From assembly GCA_964188305.1 (NCBI GenBank), contig OZ076887.1: a stretch of 64,000 bases of DNA; one strand, given 5' to 3'. Positions 52,756 to 64,000 of the stretch are shown here, piece by piece; positions within the stretch are counted from its first letter, which is position 1, and each line of letters opens with the position of its first letter. The notes beneath the pieces were generated by a model, which was not told where the DNA came from, did not search any database, and was given only the letters and a program-made list of their open reading frames with translations. A program made the translations under genes and the position numbers. Source of the DNA: Podarcis bocagei (lineage: Eukaryota).

Positions 52756-52939
52756 CAGTGGTACCTTGGCAGGTCTGTTCTTAACCTGAAACTGTTCTTA
52801 ACCTGAAGCACCACTTTAGCTAATGGGGCCTCCCGCTGCCGCTGCGCCTGAAGCAAAGTTCTTAACCCGAGGTAATATTTCTGAGTCTGTAACCTGAAGC
52901 GTATGCAACCTGAAGCATATGTAACCTGAGGTACCACTG
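52756..52939 (-). mobile_element. Tigger-like MITE family A, copy 5 (reverse orientation, internally deleted)
   Basis: Reverse complement of family A; TIRs cagtggtacct / aggtaccactg; TA TSD. Confidence 0.88.
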
Positions 52940-54324
52940 TATATTGAATTTAAAAGTTATTAACATGAATCTGAAAGATGACAAGGTTTGTTTGCCTGTG
53001 GTTTTGTTTTGTTAAAACAAAAATAAATTTGTTTGCAAGCAAAAATTAATTAGCTTGCATCGTTTTTGCTCATTTCTGACTGGACTGGCTCTATCAATTA
53101 TTGGAGGAATAATATGCTGCATTATTATAGGTAATCTATCAGAAAAAGCCATGTTTCTTTTTTTAAAAATGCAAAAGCTAATAAATCATGCTCCTGAAAG
53201 ATGCCGTTGCTGTTGGCAATTTGGAAGCCACTCCCATATGTAAGACAATTGGACTTTCAGCCTCATAGATTGAGTGTTACCCAACCTGAGGTCCTTCATA
53301 TTTTCTTAGATTAGAACTACTATCACCTCTGATCATTGACCAGGTTAGCAGGGATGATACTAAGAAGCGTGATTCAGTTGGAACTCCACATGTGCCCATA
53401 TATTTTACTAGGCTTTACTCGTGAGTAATGAGTGTGGTGCCATTGCAGAGGAATCTGACAAACGTACATTGGCTTAAGCCAAATCTTCTCCCAAAGCAGC
53501 TGTGCAGGGAATTGTATCTTTGCCTGAGCTACAACGTAAGGGCAAGCCTAATTAGTCCTCAGAACCTTTGCCATGCTATAAAAGCATTATTCAGCTCTGA
53601 GAGATTTCACCAGTAAATGGATTTAGGCTATTTACATTTCCTGGGAAATATCCCCACCTTTCCCCACAGGGTACACCTCAGCCCCCTTGCTGTGAGCTCA
53701 AGTTGGCCAGAGACCTCTTGTAACCTCCACTACCACTGTATGCTGGGAAACATATATTGATATGTCTGATTCAGAACTTGCGATAATTAGCACTCGGTGT
53801 CCTTTCCATCCATCACTGTCATCAAGGTAATTGCCCTGTGTGCTAGAACTAATGCCCGCCAGGAAGCTTCTTTCTGGTAACTGGGCATCTCACAGATACT
53901 CAAACTACTCAGCTTTATGAATTCTCAGGAGGCTGTTCCACACTTCCTTCTCTGCCCTGTGGATGCCTGCGGGACCAGACCTTTCTTCAACTCGCCCACA
54001 ACCCTTCTCCTTGCCTCATCTCCCCCATCTTTTTGCCTCTCAAACCATGCTTGTTGTTTTCTTCAGGTTTAGATGGAAACCTTGAGGTAAGCACAAGGCA
54101 GCGTTATCCCATAAGGAAAGCCTTTCTGGTATTCTGGGGAACTTCATCAGAAAGATCTTTAGGAGCCCTAGGTGGGAACTGGACTTGGGATTGGGCTGTC
54201 TTATGAGCCACCTCACTTGAGCCTGTCAGGTACCTTTTTAGAAAACAAAGTCAGCTAGCTGTGTCTGCAAACTTCAAGGAGCACGCCGCATGCGTTTTGA
54301 ATTGTTCCAATCATGCACACTGGG

Positions 54325-54469
54325 GCTGCATGCACACTGTACATTTAAAGCACATTCTCTCCCCCCCCCCATGGGAATGGTAGTTGATCCATCACAGAAC
54401 TACAACTTCAGCACCCTTGTCAAAGAATTGTTAGGGTGTGATTGTTTTAAATGTATGTTATGTACGCAG
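54325..54469. mobile_element. Palindromic MITE (PIF/Harbinger-like)
   Basis: Inverted ends gctgcatgcacactgtacatttaaagcac / tgttttaaatgtatgttatgtacgcag. Confidence 0.5.
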
Positions 54470-54544
54470 TGTTACCCCCAGTCCAGTGAAACTCAAACTG
54501 TCTCTTCTCTTTACTCTCTCTTCTCTAGGACAGATAGATATTAT

Positions 54545-54667
54545 AGCACATGGTTTAGGGAAGTCTTTAATGTTTGAAGTTTTATTCTGTTTTTAGTGTT
54601 CTGTTGGGAGCCTCCCAGAGTGGCTTAGGAAACCCGGCCAGATGGGCGGGGTATAAATAATAAAATT
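54545..54667 (+). mobile_element. LINE (L2-like) 3' end
   Basis: cccagagtggct..ggaaacccggccagatgggcggggtataaataataaa, a typical squamate LINE tail. Confidence 0.6.
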
Positions 54668-55404
54668 CCATCCATCAACTGAAAAATTAAGAGTTACCAA
54701 TTACTGTTAATCTAGTACACAACAAGGGAAGATTAGCCCGGTGTGTACTTGATATGAAAGTTTGTAGCTCATCCCTTTGTTTATGGCCTTGAAGAACTGA
54801 TCTCCCTCCTCTGCCTTTTTCCACTATTCTCCTGTTGTGTGACTTTTTTGGGGGGGGGGTAAGCCTATTGGCGCACTCTCTCTCTCTCTCTTTATTGACC
54901 TTGAGAAAAAATACAGTTAAATAATACTAAATCTTATTTCTAAGCAATATATTGAGCTTTTTTAAAAAAATTAAAGGCATTGTTGCTTGAACACAATATG
55001 AAATTGCAACCTCTTATAGAATAGTTGCCTTTATAGAAAAATAGTAGGATAATGATCCTTCAAGGTCAGTTAAGAACTCCTTTGAGAGAGCAATTAATTT
55101 ACCAATTCAAAAGTAATTTGAATCTGTGCTTTAAGTTAGTTTACCGTACTCAAGTAGATGAATACTAGTTTAGATATTGCAGATCTATCATAATTCTGAT
55201 ATTTATCCATTAAACAAGACTATTCATTTCTGTTCTCTAAGGAAGTAGAATTCAATGACTGAAATATCAGGCATAATCAACAATAATGACTTGAACACAC
55301 AAATGTATGAAGTGCATAGTAATGAAAGGTAGTTTGTTTAGAATTAAATAAGGAAAGGTTCTATGCTGTTGAATCTGATGTTTCAAAATTAGCAAATGCT
55401 AGTG

Positions 55405-55567
55405 TAGGCAATGACCGATTTATACATGTACGATATGTGCGTGGCTGCTCGTGTGCACATCGCAGCAACCCAGAAGTGGCCAGAAAAGGGGGAAGCATGG
55501 GGCGGAGTTGGCTTAGGCATGCTTTGACCCAGAATGCAACCCCAACACAAATCAGGGGTTGCCTGTA
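55405..55567. mobile_element. Degraded Tigger-like MITE
   Basis: Imperfect TIR aggcaatgaccgattt / aaatcaggggttgcctgta; CpG-rich interior. Confidence 0.5.
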
Positions 55568-55828
55568 CATAGCATATTTATAAAAACAAGCCTGCCGCAT
55601 ATTTCTGAGTTTGCTTTATGATTTAACCGTGGCATGGATTTTAAGCTTCTGACTTCTACTTCATTCAGATGGAAAATGTCTTAGGGATGGATCTAAATTG
55701 ATTGAGCATAAGGACAAGAATCTAACAGTCACCATTGATATTTCTGATGTAAATGCATAGGAATCAAAGAAAGAAATGAGCAATAAAATCAAATCCATGC
55801 CCTCAAGAGTATTTTTTTGCACCTAAAG

Positions 55829-56095
55829 CAGGGATCGGCAAACTTTTTCAGCAAGGGGCCAGTCCACTGTCCCTCAGACCTTGTGGGGGGCCAGACTATA
55901 TCTATTTAGATCTATATATGTATATATATATATGAACGAATTCCTATGTCCTACAACTAACCCAGAGATGCATTTTAAATAAAAGGACACATTCTGCTCA
56001 TGTAAAAACATGCTGATTCCCGAACCATCTGTGGGCTGGATTTAGAAGGCGATTGGGCCAGATCTGGCTCCCAGGCCTTACTTTGCCTACCCATG
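55829..56095. mobile_element. hAT (Charlie-like) non-autonomous element
   Basis: Termini cagggatcggcaaac / tttgcctacccatg; imperfect TSD acctaaag / accccaaag. Confidence 0.75.
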
Positions 56096-59000
56096 ACCCC
56101 AAAGCATATCTTGAAAATACCTGTCCAACCTTTTGCTTCGACTTCTTCAATAAATTTTTTCCTACTATTCAAAATGATTTCTTTTTAATCATAATATGAT
56201 AGTTACCCACTCCCTGCCCCATGTCACATCTCATGCCATTCAGGTTTCATGACTCTCGGGAGTGGCTTTTGAGGGGAAGAATGGCAGAGAGCTCCATTGT
56301 GCATGTTAAGCCTTGCTTCCATTTCTTTTGATCCAAGACAGTGGTTGGATTCTCCACTAAACCACCATGTCAGAAAGCAAATGGATCTCCCTGCTTGTTG
56401 CTTCTAATGTCATCTTTCTTGATCCCCAGCAACCAGCCTGCACATTTAATGCGGTTTACAGCAGATGAAATCTCAATGGCTTCCCCATTATAGACTATTG
56501 CTTAGTTTTTTTGTTGCTTATTTTGGCTTCTCCAGTATTTCATGCATGGCAAGGTACTTGCTGTGGTCAAATCCTATGGATGTTGAATTCCCCAAGGAAT
56601 AGGTCTAGCTGAAATTAGGAAGCAGCACCGCTGAATATCTTCCTACATAATTACCTGAGTTCTAAGGCTGGTACCTTTTCAGAGAGCTAAATTGAGTTTT
56701 TATAGTTTCTATTCAAGGTAGAGGTATTTCTTAATTTCCTATTCATTTTTAGCAAATTGCTATCCTTTCAAATTGTTCCTCGTAGCATTGAGAAATCTAG
56801 GCCAGTAGGGTGTGCTTAAAATACAATCTCTGGAAAGACGTTATAGAACCGGTGTCTAAATACAGGTTCTCTCGCTCTTCTTGCTGAATTCTTTTAATTG
56901 TTTATTGGTCTAAACCAATAAAGTGTTTTTAAAAAGCCAAACACCATTTCCCTATCTCTTAGTTTTTATAACTCATACAATGTGAAAATAAGAGTAAGTG
57001 TAGTTTTGCTTTTCTAGTTGTTCTAGAATGTTTTAGGGTATTGAAAACTGTAGTTGGCTTTCTATTCATTTTATAAGTACTGAGTCAGACCAGCTTTGAG
57101 CAGATTCAGTTAGCTGAGTGTACCTTTTTGTCTCTTGGCACATAGGATGAGATTTGTTGTTTTCATGCTGCTAAAACAAATTTTGGACTGAATCTTAAAT
57201 TGTTAATTTTATATTTCTGCTTTGAATCCAGTACAAGCACACTTGAGAGTGTGACTAAACTTATCATGGTGGCTTTTATATTGCCTTGTTATCAACTTAA
57301 ATCGCTGCAGGTAGGAGTCATGGGGTTTTATTTTTACTTAAAATGTAACACTGACATTTCTGAATTTACCAGCCATACCATATTTTAAAAGGTTAATCAC
57401 CTTTTCTAATGTAGGTTGGGTTTTTTTTTTACTAGTCATATTGTTCAGACGTTGACCCACTCTTGGTGAATTTTATCATTAGCACTTGGTTCAGGGCATA
57501 GCTGCAAATAAATGCCTCATTGAAGATTTGAGCAGAGTCCATCAAGGGCACGTGAACCCTATTAAACTTGGCTTTGTTACCAACAGCTTTCTGGCTCTCT
57601 TGTTTCTTTGACAACTGGGCTTACTTCTCTTTTGGGTCATTTGTATGGTTCTGCCTTGCTCGCTACCAGATGAGCAGTGTAACCTGCTGAACAGCACCTT
57701 TCCCCTTTCACTGAGTGATGGTGTTTCATGTTAATGAAAAAAATTACGTTTGGATCTGTTAAACGCATCTGGAAGTAGCTGTCTCAATTTCATTTAATAT
57801 TCTAAACCTAAGGTAATACACATTTCAAATTGTCTGAATTTGAAATAAAATAGAACTTTTGAGGGAGAAATCAAAACACATGGGTTCAAATTCATATTTA
57901 TATGATTAAGATAATGGCCACATCCAAGCATTGAAACATAGTCATAAGAACACACTGCATTCACATATTGTAACAATCATGGTTTTTCATTATGTCTCAA
58001 CATAGGAAAACACTGATTTGAATCTTGTTCAGTATCTTTGTTAACAAGCTCATAGTGTTCTAAATTGAAGCTTTTATTCTCCTTCCCTTGAACATGGGGG
58101 AAGAGGAGAGGGGCTGTGCAAGTCCAAAGCTTGATGTGGTACATATCTAATTCACGGGTGGGTAACCTGTTGTCCTCAAGATGTTGGACTCTCAACACAC
58201 TAGCCTCATCTAGCATGGACAAAGATGATGGGAATTCCCCAAGTTTTAACTGCAGTAAAAACAGAGTATTCTCTTAAAACATGACCCAAGATAATTTCAT
58301 CATTTTTCAAAGCCATGAAATTGATCTTTTATTCATATTTCAAGAGAAGGGTGTCTCCCCAGCATGACCGCTATGTAATCTAGGATGATTACTGCAAGTA
58401 TTGCCTATTCTCTACAAAGTGAAACAAAGGCTATAGGATGAATGAATGCCATTTCCCTTATTTAAAGCAATTCATTACCTTACCTTAACATACAATGCTA
58501 TGGCAAGCTCTGCAGGTATCCAATTTCTACTGTTCCTTAAAGAACCAGTTCAGTGTAGCAGATCAATGTAGAAAGTTTAAATGTGACCTTAAGTTCATAT
58601 ATTTGGTAATCTAACTGTGTGGCTTTGGCAATATCCTTTCTGTCATACTTGAACTTACTTCTTTAAGCGCCTTGAAGAACAAATCAAACACAAATATTAA
58701 GAAATAAAGCACAGACCCTATTTACCACTTATTTCTCTGCATATTGTGTTATTTTGTGAGCATTTCCATTCTAGTTTGGGAAACCTTAAGCCAATGACCA
58801 TAATATGAATATTTTTGTGAGTGGAGATAAGTGCTATTTGCATGAAGTATAAAGCTTCATTAAACACATACAACTGCCATGGTCAACACATTTTAATTAT
58901 TTTGCTAATCAAACAAGGCCCCACATCCAAATATACAGCAAACCACCAACAGACCACAAATACATCATCATTGTCTTAATCAGAACTTGCATTGGCATGG

Positions 59001-60650
59001 GGTTCCAATTTACTTCAGTGGTCTAGAGTTTTGTATAACCTAAGATTCACAGAAGTAATGAAGTCATTTCAGTACTCCACAACCAAGCAGCTATGGAGGA
59101 AATCATTTTACTGCTGCTTTGATGCCATTTTATATTACGGTATTTGGGATAACGTTGGTAGTGAGTGGTCTGTTCCTCCACCACCATATCCCTACCACCA
59201 CATCTGCTTAATTCAAAATATAGATTATGCTCCATCTTGAAACTACCTGGCACTTCTTAAAAAAAATAAATGAAAGCGTTTTGAATTCCAAACAAACACC
59301 ACTGATAGAAAATTAGGCAATAGTAAACCTTAATTGGGACTCCGTGAGTTAGTCTAGAGAAATTAATTAAAAATAATAGACCAATGTTCTTAAATGCTAG
59401 GATTCTCCCTAGACATCTAAAAGGGCACCTGAGTGAGGACTGTGTAGATGCTAGCAGTGCTAGAGGCACTAATTGATAATGTGCTTTATTTAAAAAATAT
59501 ATGAAATTTTGCATGCTCTTTTATTTGAAGTGGGCAAAGTAAATATGAAACGTAATTGAATTTTGCATCCATTGGTTAGTAAGCCTACTTCTGAAATCTT
59601 TTGAGCTTTCACCAATATTGCACTAGGGGTTCTTTTAGCCTACTCAGTTTCTCAGTTGCCCCACACTGGCAACTTGCTGTTTCAGTATATTTAACAAGCT
59701 CTTATAATTTACCTGAATAGATTTTATTCTGTCTGCTAGAGTATTTCATTTCTTTTAATGAAGTAAGTAAAATTAGTTGTTTCTGTTCATTAGTAGTCTA
59801 GGTAGAAACATGTGTTCCTGATATCCTCAAGGAGAAATTGGAGAAAATCAGAATAGGTAAACGACCCTTGTATTTTAGCAAACAAAACAATGATTCAAAG
59901 GTGTGTGTTTACTCTCTTGTTTGGTTGGCCATGTCCCCTCTAGGCATCTCTCATGAACAAGCCCTGTTGAGTTTACCCATTTCTAAGGTATTTTTGTCAC
60001 TTGGGTTTATTGGGCATCCAAAATTTATTTTGGTTTCCCAGTATTTATAAACCAGCAGAGATAAGAGACCAGTTATTGTTCATAAGAAAGGTAAGAGACA
60101 CATTTAGAGGAGTTCATAAATTTACCTGGACTTGTAGTAGCCAGGAGCCTTCTATTTCAGTGCTGTCCTATGTGCTTCATTAGGAAAACACCTATTAATA
60201 CTCTGAGACTTTCTGAGGAAAGAATTTGGTTCATACAACAAAATGGACTTGTCTTGAATGGGAAAAGATTGTGTGCTGTGCTACAAACATTTGCTTTCCT
60301 TTACTACAATTTTTGCTGTTACTTATGAAATACCGTATTTTCCCCTCTATAACACGCAGATTTTTTTCTCCTAAAAAGGAAGGGGAAATGTCTGTGCGTG
60401 TTATTGAGCGAATGTGTGGTCCCTGGAGCCGAAAAATCAGGCAAAAATCAAATCGCGCTTCACAGAGAAGGGAAACGTGAAAAGAGGAAGCGTCTGCTTT
60501 CCTGCATTCTGCCTCAGGGTCTTACTGCCCACCCTCCTCTGTTTCGTTGCTGTGTTTGCTGAAACAGAACAAAGAGCAGGGAAAGCCCCTCCCCTCCAGG
60601 CAAGCAGAGGGGAAAGCAGAGTGTCGTTCCTTATTCCTCTCTGTGCTCAG

Positions 60651-60801
60651 NNNNNNNNNNNNNNNNNNNNNNNNNNNNNNNNNNNNNNNNNNNNNNNNNN
60701 NNNNNNNNNNNNNNNNNNNNNNNNNNNNNNNNNNNNNNNNNNNNNNNNNNNNNNNNNNNNNNNNNNNNNNNNNNNNNNNNNNNNNNNNNNNNNNNNNNNN
60801 N
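60651..60801. other. Assembly gap
   Basis: Run of N. Confidence 0.99.
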
Positions 60802-60925
60802 NGAAACTTTTGCCTTTCTTTCCTCCCTCCCGTTAAATCCCTCTCCTGCATTCTTAGCCAGCTGCTTCTCTGCACACCCCTCTCATGTCCCTTCTTTGTT
60901 TTTCCTTCGCTCCCCACTTAAAATT

Positions 60926-61310
60926 TGGTTACAAAGCATAGATCCATATGGATCCTCAGGATCTTTGCATTGGGTCACCCCAAATTCACCATCAGATCAC
61001 ATAGCATGTCCATGGCTACAGCCTACACCAAAAAAACACACGCACCCACTATTGCCTGGGGCTGCAATGGTGCAAAAACGTGGTTACAAAGCATGGATCC
61101 ACAGGGATTCTCAGGATCTTTGCATTGGGTCACCCCAAATTCACCATCAGATCACATAGGCTGTCCATGGCTACAGCCTGCACCAAAAAAATCACGCACC
61201 CACTGTTGCCTGGGGCTGCAATGGTGCAAAAGCGTGGTTACAAAGCATGGATCCACAGGAATTCTCAGGATTTTTGCATTGGGTCACCCCAAATTCACCA
61301 TCAGATCACA
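60926..61310. repeat. About 155-bp tandem repeat, about 2.5 copies
   Basis: Units start tggttacaaagcat at 60926, 61081 and 61235 and are highly similar. Confidence 0.93.
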
Positions 61311-61636
61311 TGTCTGTGGCCACAGCATGAAGCACAAAAATGATACATTCACTGTTTCATTCAGAATGTTTTTTCCCTTGTTTTCCTCCTCTAAAAACGA
61401 TGTGTGTGTTATGGTCAGGTGCGTGTTATAGAGCAAAAAATACGGTAGCTAGCCTTTATTAAAAGTAGCTGTTTACAAAATTATACAACTTGCCCGTAGA
61501 AAGCAAGATGTTTCTGCTTGGAATAGCGCATACTGGGAGATGCTTATAAGTAGGTTATTTTCCTAATAATGCTGTATCTTAATAGTTGTCATATAAATGT
61601 TCCATGCAGTATCTCATCTCGCGGGGTGTGCTGTGT

Positions 61637-61830
61637 GGTAAAGGTAGAGGACCCACGTATGGTTAAGTCCAGTCAAAGTCAACTGTGGGGTTACTGCGCA
61701 TCTCGCTTTCAGGCCGAGGGGGCTGGTGTTTGTCCACAAACAGCTTTCTGGGTCAAGTGGCCAGCTTGACTAAACCGCTTCTGGCGCAATCAAACACCGT
61801 GAAGGAAGCCAGAGCACACGGAAACCCTGT
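61637..61830 (-). mobile_element. Sauria SINE, 3' half
   Basis: Reverse complement matches the 3' half of the copy at 15702 (tggccac.tgacccagaaa.ctgt, tggacttaac, acctttacc). Confidence 0.8.
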
Positions 61831-63683
61831 TCTGTAAAATTAACAGAATATAGAGCAGTTGTAAGGAAAATGGGATTGTTAAGGCTGACTCCTTGCTGTA
61901 GGATGAAGCAGAAAGAAGTGTAATGAAATGCTTCTTCATTTCATTGCATAATTTGTATCTTTCATGTTAAAATTCCTAAAAGGAATAACAAACTGGAATA
62001 AATTAATTTTGTGCTGGGGCATGTGTCTTTATCCAGTTTTAAAAGAAATAGTATCAGGTCCTCATTTGGTTCTTCCCTTGTTCTACCTTAAGCTGTTCCT
62101 GTTGAGCTTAATATAGTATAAAACAGCATTTTATTGAATTCAAGATCTTGCAGATTCTGAAGAGCAGGCTGTTTTGTTATCAACTTGGGCTTAATAAGCT
62201 CTAGTTAAAGGCATCATTTCATAATTTATTGCCAATTCTTAGGATATAGGAGTGAAATAAAATTGAAGCATAGCTTGTGTTAACAGAAGAAACCAAAGGC
62301 AATCCTTAAAGTACACATGTGGAAATCAAGCTAAGAATAATTGACACTAGTATAAATCTGCATAGCAAATGTAAAGGATTTCACTGGGCTTAAAATGAGA
62401 CAACATATTTCCAGGCTTCATGTGATTTTCCTTGTTGATGTTTCTTATTTCCTCATTGAATATGGCTATAATGTAATATAAAACTCAGAAATGAACTACT
62501 GGTTAAGTAGCCCATGATCCAGAGGAATACTTTGTGTACCTTCATTTTTCTAGGTTTTTTTCTTTCCAGGACTTGCCTTTACAGAATTCACCAAAGTTTT
62601 CTCTTAATTTCAAATGCAAACCATTCTCAGTTTTTGTTAGGGACTTAAACCTGAAATTTTGAAAATAAATGGAGTTCATTAGAATTGGTCCAGTATCAGC
62701 ACAGATGAAGCTGAACATATCATGATGGGTTTTAAAAACATGCATAGTTACAGATCTAAGTTGTTTCCTGGTTGATATCACAAATAGACAAGTTTGCAAA
62801 ATCCTTTATTGGCATTGAATAAATGCTGTGGTGATAGTCATGCACAAGAGGATAAAATTATGCAATATTTACGTTGGCCAGTTGCTTTTTCTAAATAAGG
62901 ATAATAAGGCTTTAGCTGCCATGCCAATCAGACACCTTAGAAAGAGGTGATGGCTTGGTGGAAGTTACCGATCAGTTGATCACATAGTGTTAGTAGGTAG
63001 GAAGAACTGATATTGATGTTTTGTCTTATAAAGAGAGCCTTTGCAAAAAAATGAATTGTTATTTGTTACATACCTTGGTTAAATTCAGTATTCATTTGCA
63101 GTTCACTGTAATCTGAGAACCAAGTTAGTTAACGACCTAGCCTCGTTTTAGGAGGCAACAAGTAATTTTGCCTAGTTTCCTCATTAATTGCATTGTGCAT
63201 AGAAACTCTCACAACTAATGTCAACTAGACAGGATGTTTGTCACATAATTTGCCTTTACCTGATTTCTTCTTTAATTAACTGCTGGTGGGAGAAGCCACA
63301 TAAGAATTGTAGCACGGCAAGGGAGGTAGCCCTTTTCTCTGGAACAAATTTTTCAGGGGCTTTGGATGTGTGTGTGGAGGAAATCAGCATAAATTTCTGT
63401 TAGTAGCTCCAGTCCACTGGAGCCAAAGCACTAGTTGGATTGTGCACTAAATGTGTATCTTGCCATTCCACTGGAACAGCACTCAGTGATTATACCAAGT
63501 TCAGTAATAATGTATTGGTGCAATGAAGGTAAGTTTAATATCTTAGGGCTTAGACTAATAGGATTAAATCACAGTTTATAGGGATGATTATATTGTAAAA
63601 TACAACATATTGTATGTGCCCCATTGGACAGAAACATGTTTTGTAGTCAATAATCCCATCTCCCCAATTTTGTGTCCTGTTAG

Positions 63684-63863
63684 ATTTTCAAAAGAAGCAA
63701 CCAGATGATGAGTCCACTCCCAGCACAAGCAGCAGCCAATCAGATTTGTTCTCTGGAGAAACAAATAGTGACAACAGTAATACCTCCCTATCTACGCAGA
63801 CTGTTAACTCCAACCAGCAACTTTCGACAGAACTGAATGTAACTTCACCGAGTAAAGAAAAAT
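63684..63863 (+). CDS. ZFAND3: ZFAND3 coding exon 3 (180 nt), Ser/Thr/Asn-rich linker: DFQKKQPDDESTPSTSSSQSDLFSGETNSDNSNTSLSTQTVNSNQQLSTELNVTSPSKEK(C)
   Basis: Acceptor ttttgtgtcctgttAG, donor GTAAGT at 63864, open frame, phase 1 at both ends. Closely matches recalled mammalian ZFAND3 DFQKKQPDDDS.PSTSNSQSDLFSEETTSDNNNTS...TELNVTSPSKEEC and appears one codon shorter. Confidence 0.96.
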
Positions 63864-64000
63864 GTAAGTGTAAGGAGAGCAAAGTAGGCTCTGCTCTTTT
63901 CTAGCATCTGTAGTTTTCAGCCTTTAAGAAGAATGTAGTGATTTCTTTGGGAAACTGTAGAAAACTGCATGAGAATGATAGTTGTGTGACAGTTGTAGGA

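Larger units (their letters stand above)
60333..61445. mobile_element. Tc2/pogo-like non-autonomous element with an internal tandem array and an assembly gap
   Basis: TIR ccgtattttcccctctataacacgca / tgcgtgttatagagcaaaaaatacgg; TA TSD. Confidence 0.82.
20347..63683 (+). other. ZFAND3: ZFAND3 intron 2 (43,337 nt, GT-AG, phase 1)
   Basis: Bounded by the exon 2 donor and exon 3 acceptor; the reading frame is continuous across the join. Confidence 0.9.

Noticed and set aside
60926-61310. Possible CRISPR-like array
   Set aside because: Units are contiguous with no unique spacers, the context is eukaryotic and there are no cas genes.
60925-61431. 168-aa ORF with internal repeats, the longest in the window
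   Set aside because: Produced by the 155-bp tandem repeat inside a MITE; the unit length is not a multiple of 3 and there is no recognisable domain.
63688-63882. Antisense ORF over exon 3
   Set aside because: Shadow ORF of the real coding exon.

Overview
Vertebrate genomic DNA, almost certainly from a squamate and probably a lacertid lizard (inferred from the Sauria SINE and the repeat families present). The whole window lies inside one + strand gene, ZFAND3 (A20/AN1 zinc finger protein 3). It contains the 3' part of intron 1, coding exon 2 (20306-20346, 41 nt), a 43.3-kb intron 2 and coding exon 3 (63684-63863, 180 nt). Exon 1 and the AN1-finger exons lie outside the window. Nearly all listed ORFs are chance ORFs or retroelement debris. 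The introns carry CR1, L1-type, L2-type, RTE-type and Penelope retroelement fragments, several SINEs, many hAT and Tc1/mariner MITEs with readable TIRs and TSDs, microsatellites and two assembly gaps. The most interesting structure is a young Penelope-type insertion about 400 nt upstream of exon 2. It puts an intact minimal (dimer-type) hammerhead ribozyme on the sense strand of the pre-mRNA, next to an inverted copy that could sequester it, and a near-identical antisense copy lies on the far side of exon 2. Several microexon-like candidates (27, 21, 20, 18 nt) and a tandem in-frame donor at exon 3 also merit RNA-seq checks. All family names come from recalled motifs, not database searches.
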